From the IMG/VR virus record IMGVR_UViG_3300045988_183134, positions 124,565 through 188,564 of that record: a stretch of 64,000 bases of DNA; one strand, given 5' to 3'. Shown here in pieces: positions 17,373 to 26,718 of the stretch. Both the position numbers and the translations under genes were made by a program. Source of the stretch: a virus. Within the stretch, counting starts at the first letter, position 1. Each line of letters begins with the position of its first letter. The notes below the pieces were generated by a model. The model saw nothing but the letters and a program-made list of their open reading frames with translations, was not told where the DNA came from and ran no database searches.

Positions 17373-18671
17373 ATGCTGATTGAGTTTACTGTAAAAAATT
17401 ATCGGTCTTTTCGAGACGAAGCAGCTCTCTCGATGGAAGCAACGGGAGCAAGCACGCTGAAAAGTGTGCTCATTCCATATGGCGGAATGCGGATTCTGCC
17501 GGGTGCTGCCATTTACGGGAAGAACGGTGGCGGTAAGAGCAATGTTATCCGAGCTTTTTGGCTTTCGGTTCAATTCATCAGAAACGCACAAAAGACACAG
17601 CATGAGAAAGCAGCTATCCCCGTTGTTCCGTTTGCATTGAATGACTACTCGGCATCTGAGCCGACAGAGTTTTCGTTTGTATATACCTTGGATGGAATCA
17701 GGTATTGGTATGCCTTTTCTGCCACAAAAGAAAAGGTATATGCTGAGTCGTTGTATCATGCACCGAAAGGGCAGAAGGCACTGGTTTTTGCTAGAGAAGG
17801 GCAGGAATTCACCTTTACCGAAGAGAAGGCTCGTAGAAATCTGATTAGTCAGGTTGTTGCCGAAAATCAACTGTTCTTTTCTGTAGCATGTACCATGAAC
17901 GACGTTGCCTGCTCCAAAGCTATGACTTGGTTCCGGGAGAAAATCTATTTTTCAAGAGACTATTCGGATATTCCCCGGCAGCTGCTTGAATATTCGAACG
18001 ACTCTAATATGCTGAAAGCGATTTCCGATTATGCGAAGGCTGCAGATGTTGGTATCGAAGATATGAAATTCGAAATCAATAGTAAAGAAATTAACGAAGA
18101 AGCTGATTTGCCTGCAAACATTCCCGAAGAAGTTAAAGCTGCACTTGTACAGTTCATGCATGTGCTTTCGGAAACCTCTAACAATTCGGAAACACACCTC
18201 AAGATGGGGCAGGTTAACGCAACATCCATGCATCAAGGCCAAAACAAGGACGGAACAAGCCATATGTTTTCGATGGAGCTGGCAGACGAGTCTGATGGCA
18301 CAAGAAAACTGATGGCCATTGCTCCTGCAATTGAGTCCGTGCTGTCAAAGGGCGGCCTTTTGCTGGTAGATGAAATCGAAAAAGAACTGCATCCTGCTCT
18401 GGTAGAGCTTATTGTTGCCAAATTCCAGAGCAAAAAGACAAACCCGAATGAAGCACAAATTGTCTTTACGACACACAACACCGACCTGTTGAGTATGGAG
18501 CTGCTGCGTAAAGACCAACTCTACTTTGTTGATAAGAACAAAGATGATGGTGCTTCAGAACTCTACAGCATCAGCGATTTTTCCACTCGCACGACCGAAA
18601 ATGTTCGCAAGGGCTATCTCCTCGGAAAATATGGCGCGGCTCCCAATGTCGAAATTGAGGAGGTTGAATAA
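17373..18671 (+). CDS. AAA_15/AAA_21-like (ABC/SMC-type) ATPase typical of abortive-infection or defence modules
   Basis: MLIEFTVKNYRSFRDEAAL, Walker A (YGKNGGGKSN), Walker B (LLLVDEIEKELHP), the FTTHNTDLL motif and the C-terminal YLLGKYGAAP are all present. Confidence 0.75.
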   Translation: MLIEFTVKNYRSFRDEAALSMEATGASTLKSVLIPYGGMRILPGAAIYGKNGGGKSNVIRAFWLSVQFIRNAQKTQHEKAAIPVVPFALNDYSASEPTEFSFVYTLDGIRYWYAFSATKEKVYAESLYHAPKGQKALVFAREGQEFTFTEEKARRNLISQVVAENQLFFSVACTMNDVACSKAMTWFREKIYFSRDYSDIPRQLLEYSNDSNMLKAISDYAKAADVGIEDMKFEINSKEINEEADLPANIPEEVKAALVQFMHVLSETSNNSETHLKMGQVNATSMHQGQNKDGTSHMFSMELADESDGTRKLMAIAPAIESVLSKGGLLLVDEIEKELHPALVELIVAKFQSKKTNPNEAQIVFTTHNTDLLSMELLRKDQLYFVDKNKDDGASELYSISDFSTRTTENVRKGYLLGKYGAAPNVEIEEVE

Positions 18672-18698
18672 TGGCTTGCAAGCTGAAGAAATCCAAGG

Positions 18699-19040
18699 TC
18701 AGTCTAATGAGTGTGACGATTCGTCCGGGCTTTGCGACGATTCCGTTTGCCTAAAATGGTTTTGGAATGGGCTTTTCTGCATTTTCTTCAGAGAGAGCCC
18801 ACAAATAGACAGCTTTTTTTGCAGGATATCGAGCGTGACGATGTCCCCAAAGTCATCACAAAGTTTCTGCAGGGATTCATTTGATTCAGCCTGAAGAGCA
18901 CTGCGCAATGTTTGGAGCTGCCCACTGAATACGGCGTACAAAAACAATGGTTCTCGCAACTTTGGAAAATCGCCGCAACAGGAAGCAAGCCTTTTTATGC
19001 TAAGGGTGCTTTCTCCCGAAAGCTCTTTCACAAAACCCGC
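18699..19040 (-). pseudogene. Possible 3' remnant of a gene truncated by the TnpB element insertion
   Basis: A coding-looking minus-strand frame runs into the predicted left end of the element at about 19040-19085. No plausible start lies outside the element. Confidence 0.25.
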
Positions 19041-21220
19041 GCCAAGGAAGCCCACTGCGTGAGCGGTGGGAGGAATTGGTGCATGAGTTTTTAAGAAAGA
19101 CGAATGTGTACAATCTGTAAATAAGAAAGCTACTTGATTTCTTTTTGCATCAAAAAATATTATAATACCGATATAATCAATCAAAGAAAGGAGGGCTATT
19201 ATGGCTTTCGGAAACAAGAACAGTACGCCGTCGTTTGCGTTAACTCTTCCTATGAAAGTAACCGAACAGGATGAAATTTTTCTTTCCAAAAAGTTTCGCG
19301 TTGGATGTACGATTTACAACCAAATGGTTAAGAAAACCACAAAAATGTGGCATCAGCTGCGCAAGACGCGAGAATACAAAAATCTTATAAAAGCCATAAA
19401 AGCCGCTCCTGTCAACAGTGATGAACGGAAAGCACTGTTGATACAGCGTTCCAATTTGATTAAGCAAGCAAGCTTTTCAGAGGGAGCGTTCCATAAGCTG
19501 GTCGTGCCTTACCAGAAAGCGTACAACGTAAATTGCGATGTCGCTCAAAAAGTGGCATCCGCTGTCTGGAAAGCGTGGGATGACTTCTTTTATGGAAAGG
19601 GAAAAACCGTACACTATAAAAAGTTGAACGATTTTGTAACCCTTTCCGGGAAGAAAAATAACAGCGGTATATTCTTTCGTCCAGCAAATCATACGGTGAG
19701 TTCTTTGGAATCCGCTAAGCGAAAGGCGAAAAACTCTATCGAGAAAAGATACTTCGACGCATATAGAAAGCCAGATGCCAAAGAAGGTGAAGAGGTAGTT
19801 CTTCCCGATGAGGTGAAAGCGCAAATGGACAAAGAGGTCACCGACGCTACGGCGAAAATCAAACCGTGTATCGGAGAAGGCAATCTGCGCATCATTTACG
19901 AAAAGCACGAATTCCTTGTCAAATTGCGAAATCCCGATATACAAACGGGATGGTATCAACAGGAAGCACTTAAATGCGGCGTCAAATATTGCCGGATTGT
20001 TCGTTCATGGGTCGGCACCAAGTGGAAGTATTACGCTCAACTTGTTCTGGAAGGTTATCCGCCCATCAAATGCGACAGCAACGGTGTTGTAAAGCACCAT
20101 GTAAAGCAGGGGCGTGTCGGCATAGATATCGGCACACAAACCATTGCTTTTTGCGGCAAAGATGTTTGCGACCTTCGTGTGCTTGCACCGTCTGCTATAG
20201 CGGAAACTCGCAATGGTCTTACAAAGGAAATCGCTCGCGTTATGCGGCAAATGGACCGTTCGCGCCGTGCGATGAATCCGCGGTATTATAACGAAAACGG
20301 AACCATTAAACGGCTGAAACGCAAGAACGGACATAAGCAAATTCGTCATTGGAACTACAGCAAGAACTATTATCGGCTGCTGTATAAACTGCGGGACTTG
20401 AACCGCAAACTTGCCGCTGTACGCAAGACGGAGCATTATATTCTCGCTAATGAAATGCTGACATACGGCAACGAATTCGTAGTTGAAGATATGAACTACA
20501 AAGCTTTGCAAAAGCGCAGCAAGAAGACGAAAATCAATCCCAAAACCGGTAGAGCGCATACCAAAAAGCGGTTCGGTAAAACTATCGGACGCTGCGCTCC
20601 TGCTTTGTTTATCACCATTTTGGGGCAAAAAGCAAGTCGATACGGCGGCAGCGTTATCAAGGTCAGCACCTTTGAAACAAAGGCTTCGCAGTTTGACCAT
20701 ACCGATGATAGCTACACCAAGAAGAAATTGTCCCAGCGTTTTGCTAAACTTTCAGACGGAACCGTTGTTCAGAGGGATTTGTATTCTGCATTCCTTTTAT
20801 TGCACCTTAGAAAGAACCTTCAATCCTATAACAAGAAAACCATTAAGAAAGACTTCCCGCAGTTTAAGAAGCTGCACAACGAAACAAAAGAACGCTTGCA
20901 AAACAACCACGAGTGGTTGCCTGCAAGCGTAGGATTCTAAAACACTTAAATTTTTTAAAGGGTTTCGACGTAGCCCTATTGATTGCCTTGATGTACTGCT
21001 TTCAGCAGCACTTGATAGGTGAAACCCTAATTTAGGGGATATCTACACTTTTTATGCTGGCTTTTCGGGCATTTTGCCCTGCCTTTAAGCTTCGCTTTGG
21101 GTAGTAAGTACATTGGTCTATCGAAAGATAGTGTATCCGGCGGTTTTTGCTGTTGGAAAACCCTGTAACTGCATTGCGTCAGCATAGAATCCCTCTCCGT
21201 AAGGGGTGGGAGTACGTCAA
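19040..21220 (+). mobile_element. IS200/IS605-like element carrying only a large TnpB-like gene
   Basis: The left-end hairpin is cccactgcgtgagcggtggg (19051-19070). The right end is agaatccctctccgtaaggggtgggagtacgtcaa (21186-21220). Both are related to the ends at 52226-52246, 52821-52855 and 63953-63972. Confidence 0.6.
19201..20940 (+). CDS. tnpB: Large TnpB-like RuvC nuclease (579 aa) without an obvious zinc finger
   Basis: An aaaggaggg RBS is present. The RuvC motifs are RVGIDIGTQT (D), FVVEDMNY (E) and VVQRDLYSAFLL (D). No CxxC...CxxC lies between RuvC-II and RuvC-III. Confidence 0.8.
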   Translation: MAFGNKNSTPSFALTLPMKVTEQDEIFLSKKFRVGCTIYNQMVKKTTKMWHQLRKTREYKNLIKAIKAAPVNSDERKALLIQRSNLIKQASFSEGAFHKLVVPYQKAYNVNCDVAQKVASAVWKAWDDFFYGKGKTVHYKKLNDFVTLSGKKNNSGIFFRPANHTVSSLESAKRKAKNSIEKRYFDAYRKPDAKEGEEVVLPDEVKAQMDKEVTDATAKIKPCIGEGNLRIIYEKHEFLVKLRNPDIQTGWYQQEALKCGVKYCRIVRSWVGTKWKYYAQLVLEGYPPIKCDSNGVVKHHVKQGRVGIDIGTQTIAFCGKDVCDLRVLAPSAIAETRNGLTKEIARVMRQMDRSRRAMNPRYYNENGTIKRLKRKNGHKQIRHWNYSKNYYRLLYKLRDLNRKLAAVRKTEHYILANEMLTYGNEFVVEDMNYKALQKRSKKTKINPKTGRAHTKKRFGKTIGRCAPALFITILGQKASRYGGSVIKVSTFETKASQFDHTDDSYTKKKLSQRFAKLSDGTVVQRDLYSAFLLLHLRKNLQSYNKKTIKKDFPQFKKLHNETKERLQNNHEWLPASVGF

Positions 21221-21240
21221 ATACTGGCGAAGAAAACCTA
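20941..21240 (+). ncRNA. Predicted omega-RNA/reRNA scaffold plus adjoining guide of the 579-aa TnpB
   Basis: A roughly 280-nt non-coding stretch runs from the tnpB stop to the right-end hairpin. Blocks are conserved with the remnant copy (ggtgaaac, ggaaaacc..taact.gc, ggaatccc...gtgggag..gtcaa). The exact 5' end is unknown. Confidence 0.5.
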
Positions 21241-21251
21241 AAAATGTCAGA

Positions 21252-22631
21252 TTACTTCTCATGGCTTTTCCTGATTCCAAAAACGTCATTTCCGTCCAGA
21301 TAAATGAAAGGCTTTTCATGCTCGTTGAATCCGTTGATGGCAACGAAACCGAGTTGCTTAACTTTGAGCTCTTTGATAGCCTCTACTTGCTGGGCCTCGT
21401 GATGAATCTCATCCAGAGTCATGGGCTGGGCATAGTACTTTGCTTCGAAAATCTCATAGCCATCAGCAAACTCTAAAGCAACATCGAATTCACCGTTCGT
21501 GCGGTGGACTGGGTCATCGTAATAGTAGCTGCCAATGTTGCGTACACCTTTCAACTTTCCAGAACGGACCTGCAAGCTGAAATAGTCACGGCAGATGCCT
21601 TCAAAACGTCGGGAGATGAAGTCTGTCAGAACGGGACTGATGTACTCGTCATAGAATGCCTTGGCTCCTAGCACTTGGAGTGCGCTACTGTTCTTATATA
21701 CAAAGGTGAAGTAGAATCTCAGAAGATTGTCGTTGATTTCAAAAGCAGACTTTTTATTGTCGTTCAGCCTGTTAATGGGATTATTTCGGGAAAGAATCTC
21801 TAAGTCAAGCAGGGGCTTGATTTGCTTTGCGAGGTTGCCGGTCTTCCTCGCATCCAGTTTATCTTCGATTTCGGTATAGCGCTTCTTCCCATTTCCAATG
21901 ACAGAAAAGATACGTTCTGCATTGATGCTTACCGAGTAGTCCGAAAGCAGCAGCTGGCTGGCATACAGATACACTGCGCTCGTAGGATTGAGAACGGTGT
22001 TGATAATATTTTCTCGGAGAGTGGCTTCAGGGTTTAGTGCTTGATTAACAAATGGGGAACCGCCAAAAACGGCATAATGGCCAACTTTGTCGTAGGGTGT
22101 TTTGTCAGGATAGAACTTGGCAGCATCCAGATAACTCAACTCATTTAACTTGATTGTGACAGCAAACCGACCATATAGAGCGTTCTTCTCTTGCAACGCA
22201 TCCTTCATAATACCGATGTGAGAACCAGAAAGGATAAGTTCGATGTTAGAGAGTCGGTTGTCGATAATGCTCTGGAAGATGGAATCAACCGCAGCGGAGT
22301 CCGTCATGGATTTGAGATAGGGGTACTCATCGATGACGACAACAATCTTTTGGGGCAGCGCATTGAGATAAGTGAATACATCCTGCAGCGTGCTAAAGCT
22401 CAGAGGCACAGGCAGAACCTTGGCACGGACAAGCTCCTGCACAAAGCCATTGATATTGTCCTGCATTATGCTTTTCAAGCACTCAAAGTACACCTTCTGA
22501 TACTGGCAGCTCTCAAGTGCTTTTCGAATGAGAGTAGTCTTTCCAACGCGGCGCTTGCCGTAAACCATAATGGCCTTTCCGATATAATCTTCCTGCAAAA
22601 GAGCCAGCTCTTTCTCGCGGCCAATAAACAT
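21252..22631 (-). CDS. ATPase with an archaeal-ATPase-like N-terminus and a DUF234-like C-terminal region
   Basis: MFIGREKELALL...VYGKRRVGKTTLI (Walker A), VVVIDEYPYL (Walker B) and a long C-terminal domain are present. Confidence 0.7.
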   Translation of the reverse strand: MFIGREKELALLQEDYIGKAIMVYGKRRVGKTTLIRKALESCQYQKVYFECLKSIMQDNINGFVQELVRAKVLPVPLSFSTLQDVFTYLNALPQKIVVVIDEYPYLKSMTDSAAVDSIFQSIIDNRLSNIELILSGSHIGIMKDALQEKNALYGRFAVTIKLNELSYLDAAKFYPDKTPYDKVGHYAVFGGSPFVNQALNPEATLRENIINTVLNPTSAVYLYASQLLLSDYSVSINAERIFSVIGNGKKRYTEIEDKLDARKTGNLAKQIKPLLDLEILSRNNPINRLNDNKKSAFEINDNLLRFYFTFVYKNSSALQVLGAKAFYDEYISPVLTDFISRRFEGICRDYFSLQVRSGKLKGVRNIGSYYYDDPVHRTNGEFDVALEFADGYEIFEAKYYAQPMTLDEIHHEAQQVEAIKELKVKQLGFVAINGFNEHEKPFIYLDGNDVFGIRKSHEK

Positions 22632-23035
22632 AGCACACCTCCAATAACACTGAAGCGAATTTCACTGAATTTATTTTCAATGTTATTTTACCATACGGAC
22701 GCGCGAAAATCAAATGTTAATCCAGCTGAAACGAGCAGAGAAAAAGAGCAGGCTCATCTTTGACAATGAACCTGCTCTGAAAAGTATCAATAGCCTACCG
22801 AGCGACGCCAACATATGACGCTTGCCTCGAATATAGCACTTCGAAAGGACTTACTTTTGGTATAATTCTAGTGTATGATTCGTGCAAAGCAAAGGCAATA
22901 CTGTTTTTGAAAAAAAGAAGCTCGAATTTCTTTGCTAAAATTATGTCTTTATGTTGTTTATACATTACGGTTGGTTGAAAACTCTACAAATATATGGTAC
23001 TATATTTATAGCAAATATAGACAGGATGAATAACA

Positions 23036-23497
23036 ATGAATGCACATTATCCAAGTGATTATCCAGATGGGTTTGAGGAAAAACTAATTGCTGCTGGTGC
23101 TAAAACGCAAACAATCACTCCCGTATACAGAATACTATATGATGGTAAGCTGAACGCCTTCAACTTTGAGTCAACGTATATTAACTATAGGAGAAGACAC
23201 AAAACACTTACTAAAAGGAAGTTACAGCACTTGGGGACATATTCGACTTCCTGCTTTGCGGAACTCGATGACGTTGCATATACAATTCAATATTCAATGA
23301 AAAATCCGCCATTTGCGAAAATCTGTAAAGGCGTAATTACACAAACTTCAGGTTACAGTCAAAGGACGGTGGATAGAGAGCCAGAAACAGAAAGCTCACA
23401 TGTTGATTGGTGGATTTATTCTGATATTGACGTTAATTCTGAAGTTCTCACTAATTTTTCTATCTGTTCTTTCGAGAAAGAAGGCGAGAAAGTATGA
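23036..23497 (+). CDS. Hypothetical protein (153 aa)
   Basis: This ORF is first in a three-gene overlapping operon. The promoter-like TTGAAA-17-TACTAT lies at about 22970-22998. Confidence 0.5.
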   Translation: MNAHYPSDYPDGFEEKLIAAGAKTQTITPVYRILYDGKLNAFNFESTYINYRRRHKTLTKRKLQHLGTYSTSCFAELDDVAYTIQYSMKNPPFAKICKGVITQTSGYSQRTVDREPETESSHVDWWIYSDIDVNSEVLTNFSICSFEKEGEKV

Positions 23498-24156
23498 GTT
23501 ACAAAGGAGAACTGTTGTTCGAAGGGACAAAGTTCAAGTCTTATTTTAAGCAAGACTTAATAATTGAACAGACTTTTCTGGAATATGATGAGATTCCATT
23601 GCTGTGTGCGTGCCTGGACGAGGAGGGAAATCGCTACTTTTGTAATTGTACCGAATTTCGCACATATGAAAAATGGGCTATATATCCGGTAAGTATTCTT
23701 CAACTTTTGAAGATGGTAAAAAATGAAGTTACTCCGGCTGATACTTTTGATGCTTCCACAGTTGTATATGTCTTTACAATCGATTGGGAAAACGAGAGTG
23801 AAAAGTTCGAAAAAAAGACAGTATCTGAGTTAACGAAATATGACAGATTGCCAGACAATATATATTTGACTTCGCATCCAAATCGACTCGAAAAATATGC
23901 AGATAGCCTTCAAACTGTTTACAAAGCTCAAACTGCGTTGTGCTGCAGTAAGCGTTACGTTGCCTGCTGTGTCCGAAGCGTTGACGTGACCAATGAACTC
24001 CTTAGTAGCCTTATATTGTCAAAGGCGAACTATCCGGTACGATTGAACGTAGAGATTAGTATTGGCAAAAACCATAGAGATATTCAACTGCAAGAAACAA
24101 ACAACATCGACATTATACACATGACAAAATCGGATTATGCATGTGTTAGCGTATGA
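23494..24156 (+). CDS. Hypothetical protein, N-terminal half paralogous to 12842-13213
   Basis: A 4-nt overlap with the upstream ORF suggests translational coupling. The shared motifs are listed for 12842-13213. Confidence 0.55.
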   Translation: MSYKGELLFEGTKFKSYFKQDLIIEQTFLEYDEIPLLCACLDEEGNRYFCNCTEFRTYEKWAIYPVSILQLLKMVKNEVTPADTFDASTVVYVFTIDWENESEKFEKKTVSELTKYDRLPDNIYLTSHPNRLEKYADSLQTVYKAQTALCCSKRYVACCVRSVDVTNELLSSLILSKANYPVRLNVEISIGKNHRDIQLQETNNIDIIHMTKSDYACVSV

Positions 24157-24590
24157 GGACGCGTAATTATATGGAACTCACCAAATTGGCTTTAATAAAA
24201 ACTGTGATGCCATGTGTTAAATTGGAAATCGCAGAGCAAGCTTTACAAAATGAAAGCAATCCACGTGAACAACTTCATCAAAAAATCAATATACAGGGTG
24301 GCGTTGAAGACGAAGAGGAACCGTCAACCGTAAAAGTTAGAATTAAAATTTCTGTCTCTACAGACTCTGGGAATGTTGCTTTTGAAGCGTGCAGAGAAAG
24401 CACATTCCAAAATGAGTCTGGCGAAAAATGGAAAAATCGCGAAGATGCTATGCAAGATGTCAAAAACACTGCTATCCCATTGGCATATGAAGATATGCAG
24501 CGATTTGTTGAAGAATTGTCCAAAAGTGCCGGGATTTCTCCGTTTCCAATCCCGGGCTATGATACTATCCAAAAGGATGAGAGTGAGTAA
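24153..24590 (+). CDS. Hypothetical acidic protein (145 aa)
   Basis: This ORF has a 4-nt overlap with the upstream gene. Confidence 0.5.
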   Translation: MRTRNYMELTKLALIKTVMPCVKLEIAEQALQNESNPREQLHQKINIQGGVEDEEEPSTVKVRIKISVSTDSGNVAFEACRESTFQNESGEKWKNREDAMQDVKNTAIPLAYEDMQRFVEELSKSAGISPFPIPGYDTIQKDESE

Positions 24591-25011
24591 AACGGGCTTT
24601 GACTGATGTTCACGCCTCGTAAGCTCAGAACGTGTAAAGCAATTCAAGAAAGTTATATCTCAAATATCGCAATAGCGTATAGGCTATACCAGCCTGTGCG
24701 CTTTCTTTTTGCCATATTTCGTCATAATCAATAAAAGCATTTATTGCTTTTTGTTAATCATGTAATTGACTTTGCAAAACAGTGTCGGTAAAATAAAGGT
24801 ATTCGATAGACCGCATTAACAATCTGTGAACTTTTTGGGGTTCGTATTGTGCGATTGCCACATAAATGGTATTATGCAATTGTACAGAAGGATAGGCGGC
24901 AAAAGAGTCCACAGCATCGTCGATGACGAAATCCAAAGCTGCGTAGGGCTGACGTCGAACCTATTAGTTGAATGTGGCCCCCGGCACTAGACGCCGGGAT
25001 GTAAAGGAGAA

Positions 25012-26208
25012 TTGAATATGAAACGTAAGACTATCATTTTAGCAGTGGTAGCAGCCGCTGCGATGGCGCTCAGCCTGGTAGGGTGCGGCGTGAAAATCAC
25101 GAACATCGCGGTTCCGGAGTCTGCGATGGTGGAGAAGGGTGAAAGTATTACCCTGCCTGTTGTGTACGGCACCGACGATGCTCCGGCCGTAACTCCTGAG
25201 ACTGCTGCAACCGGTGAAAGTGCTGCAACGGATGAGAAAGTAGCCAAGGCTGCCGAAAAGCTCACCATTGAGTGGACCTCCTCCGATGAGAGCGTTGCGA
25301 CGGTCGATGCCACTGGCATGGTGGTTGCTGTCTCTGCAGGTGAAGCTGACATCACTGCAAGCGTCACGGATTCTGAGATGAGTGCTGTCTGCAAGGTTAC
25401 GGTTAAAGTGGCCGCGAAAGACATCACCGTTCCCGACAACCTTGACGTCAAGCTCAACGATGGAAACGAAACCACTGTCGAGACAACGGTAAGCCCGGCT
25501 GATGCCACCGATGTGAAGGTAAGTTACGCTTCTACTGATGAGGCAGTGGCCACCGTCGATAAAGACGGCAGGGTTCAGGTCTTGCAGCCTGGTGAATGCG
25601 ACATCACCACGACCCTCATGCAGGATGGCGAAAAGGTCACCGAGAAGACGACTCATGTGAAAGCATTCTATGAGGTTGAAAGCATCACGCTCGATTCCAA
25701 CGAAGGCAAGTTGACGGTCGGTAACTCTCACACCATTAAGGCGATGGTTGCTCCCGAAGAGGTTGCCGCCGAAACTACCATCGAGTGGTCGTCCAGCAAC
25801 GAGAAGGTCGCTACAGTCGATGAGAACGGTAAAGTCACTGCAATTGCGGCCGGTGAGGCAACCATCACCGCAACTGCCGGTGAGGAAAGTGCCAACTACG
25901 AAGTGACGGTTGAACAGCCGAAGAAGGTCACGACCAGCAACAAGACTTATAAAAGCAGCAGTTCCAGCAACAGTTCTGCTGCTGTGACGCCTTCCAACCC
26001 GGCACCTGTTGCCCCGGCTCCCGCACAGCCTGACCCGGCACTGGCACAGCCTGACCCTCAGCCGGAACAGCCCGCGCAAGACTCTCAACCCAGCGGGGGC
26101 ACTGATAACTCTGGCGGTAATAGTGAGGATGACTGGTGGCATGGTCCTGTTCTTTCTGCGCCGACTGATAACGGTTGCCCTCCTGAGGATGTTGGCATTC
26201 TTTGCTGA
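25012..26208 (+). CDS. Lipoprotein with repeated Big_2 (bacterial Ig-like) domains and a Pro/Gln-rich tail
   Basis: A lipobox is present (MALSLVGCG). There are three Big_2-type repeats (SSDESVATVDATGMVVAVSAGEADITA, STDEAVATVDKDGRVQVLQPGECDITT, SSNEKVATVDENGKVTAIAAGEATITA). Confidence 0.8.
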   Translation: MNMKRKTIILAVVAAAAMALSLVGCGVKITNIAVPESAMVEKGESITLPVVYGTDDAPAVTPETAATGESAATDEKVAKAAEKLTIEWTSSDESVATVDATGMVVAVSAGEADITASVTDSEMSAVCKVTVKVAAKDITVPDNLDVKLNDGNETTVETTVSPADATDVKVSYASTDEAVATVDKDGRVQVLQPGECDITTTLMQDGEKVTEKTTHVKAFYEVESITLDSNEGKLTVGNSHTIKAMVAPEEVAAETTIEWSSSNEKVATVDENGKVTAIAAGEATITATAGEESANYEVTVEQPKKVTTSNKTYKSSSSSNSSAAVTPSNPAPVAPAPAQPDPALAQPDPQPEQPAQDSQPSGGTDNSGGNSEDDWWHGPVLSAPTDNGCPPEDVGILC

Positions 26209-26308
26209 TGGCTTTTTCGCCGACTGATAACGGTTGTACTGACGAAGAAAGAGCAGCTGCATTGTGTTAAATAAGTTGCTTGAGTAAAATTATTCTATCC
26301 AATGAAAA

Positions 26309-26338
26309 GGAGACTCCGTTTTGGGGTCTCCTCTTTTA
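26309..26338 (+). terminator. Rho-independent terminator
   Basis: aggagactcc-gttt-tggggtctcct is followed by ctttt. Confidence 0.6.
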
Positions 26339-26718
26339 TATTCTTCCGCCCCAAAAAGCCCGTTTCAAAAGAAAAGCTAATGCCTAAGCTTTCAAAAACT
26401 TCTTGCAAATAATATACCATATATTTGACTGCTAATTTTCACAAGTTTTCCTCCCCACGTTGTCGTAATTGCACAAAGACCCATATGCAAAGAAGAAGCC
26501 GTCCCACAAAGGCTCGGCTTCTTTTTTCTATTTGTGTCGTTGAAAAGTCATTTTTTACTTTCCGCGAAATTTGTTTTTCTGGCTTATTGCCAAGGCTTGC
26601 GAATCGCATATGATAGAAAATGTACGGAAGCAAAAAGCAATGCGTGCAGGGGCGTTGAAGCGTGGCGCTCAGCCAAAGTGCCTGCAAAAACGCCGCTGTA
26701 CAGAAAGGAAATCGCATT

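Noticed and set aside
19041-19289. The upper part of the minus-strand ORF 18699-19289 treated as real coding sequence
   Set aside because: It runs through the left end, promoter, RBS and first codons of the plus-strand tnpB. Only the part outside the element could be a gene remnant.
26662-26718. The upstream alternative start of the giant ORF given by the ORF track
   Set aside because: The ATG at 26719 follows a gaaagga RBS and yields a canonical signal peptide. The extension encodes no recognisable peptide and has no RBS.
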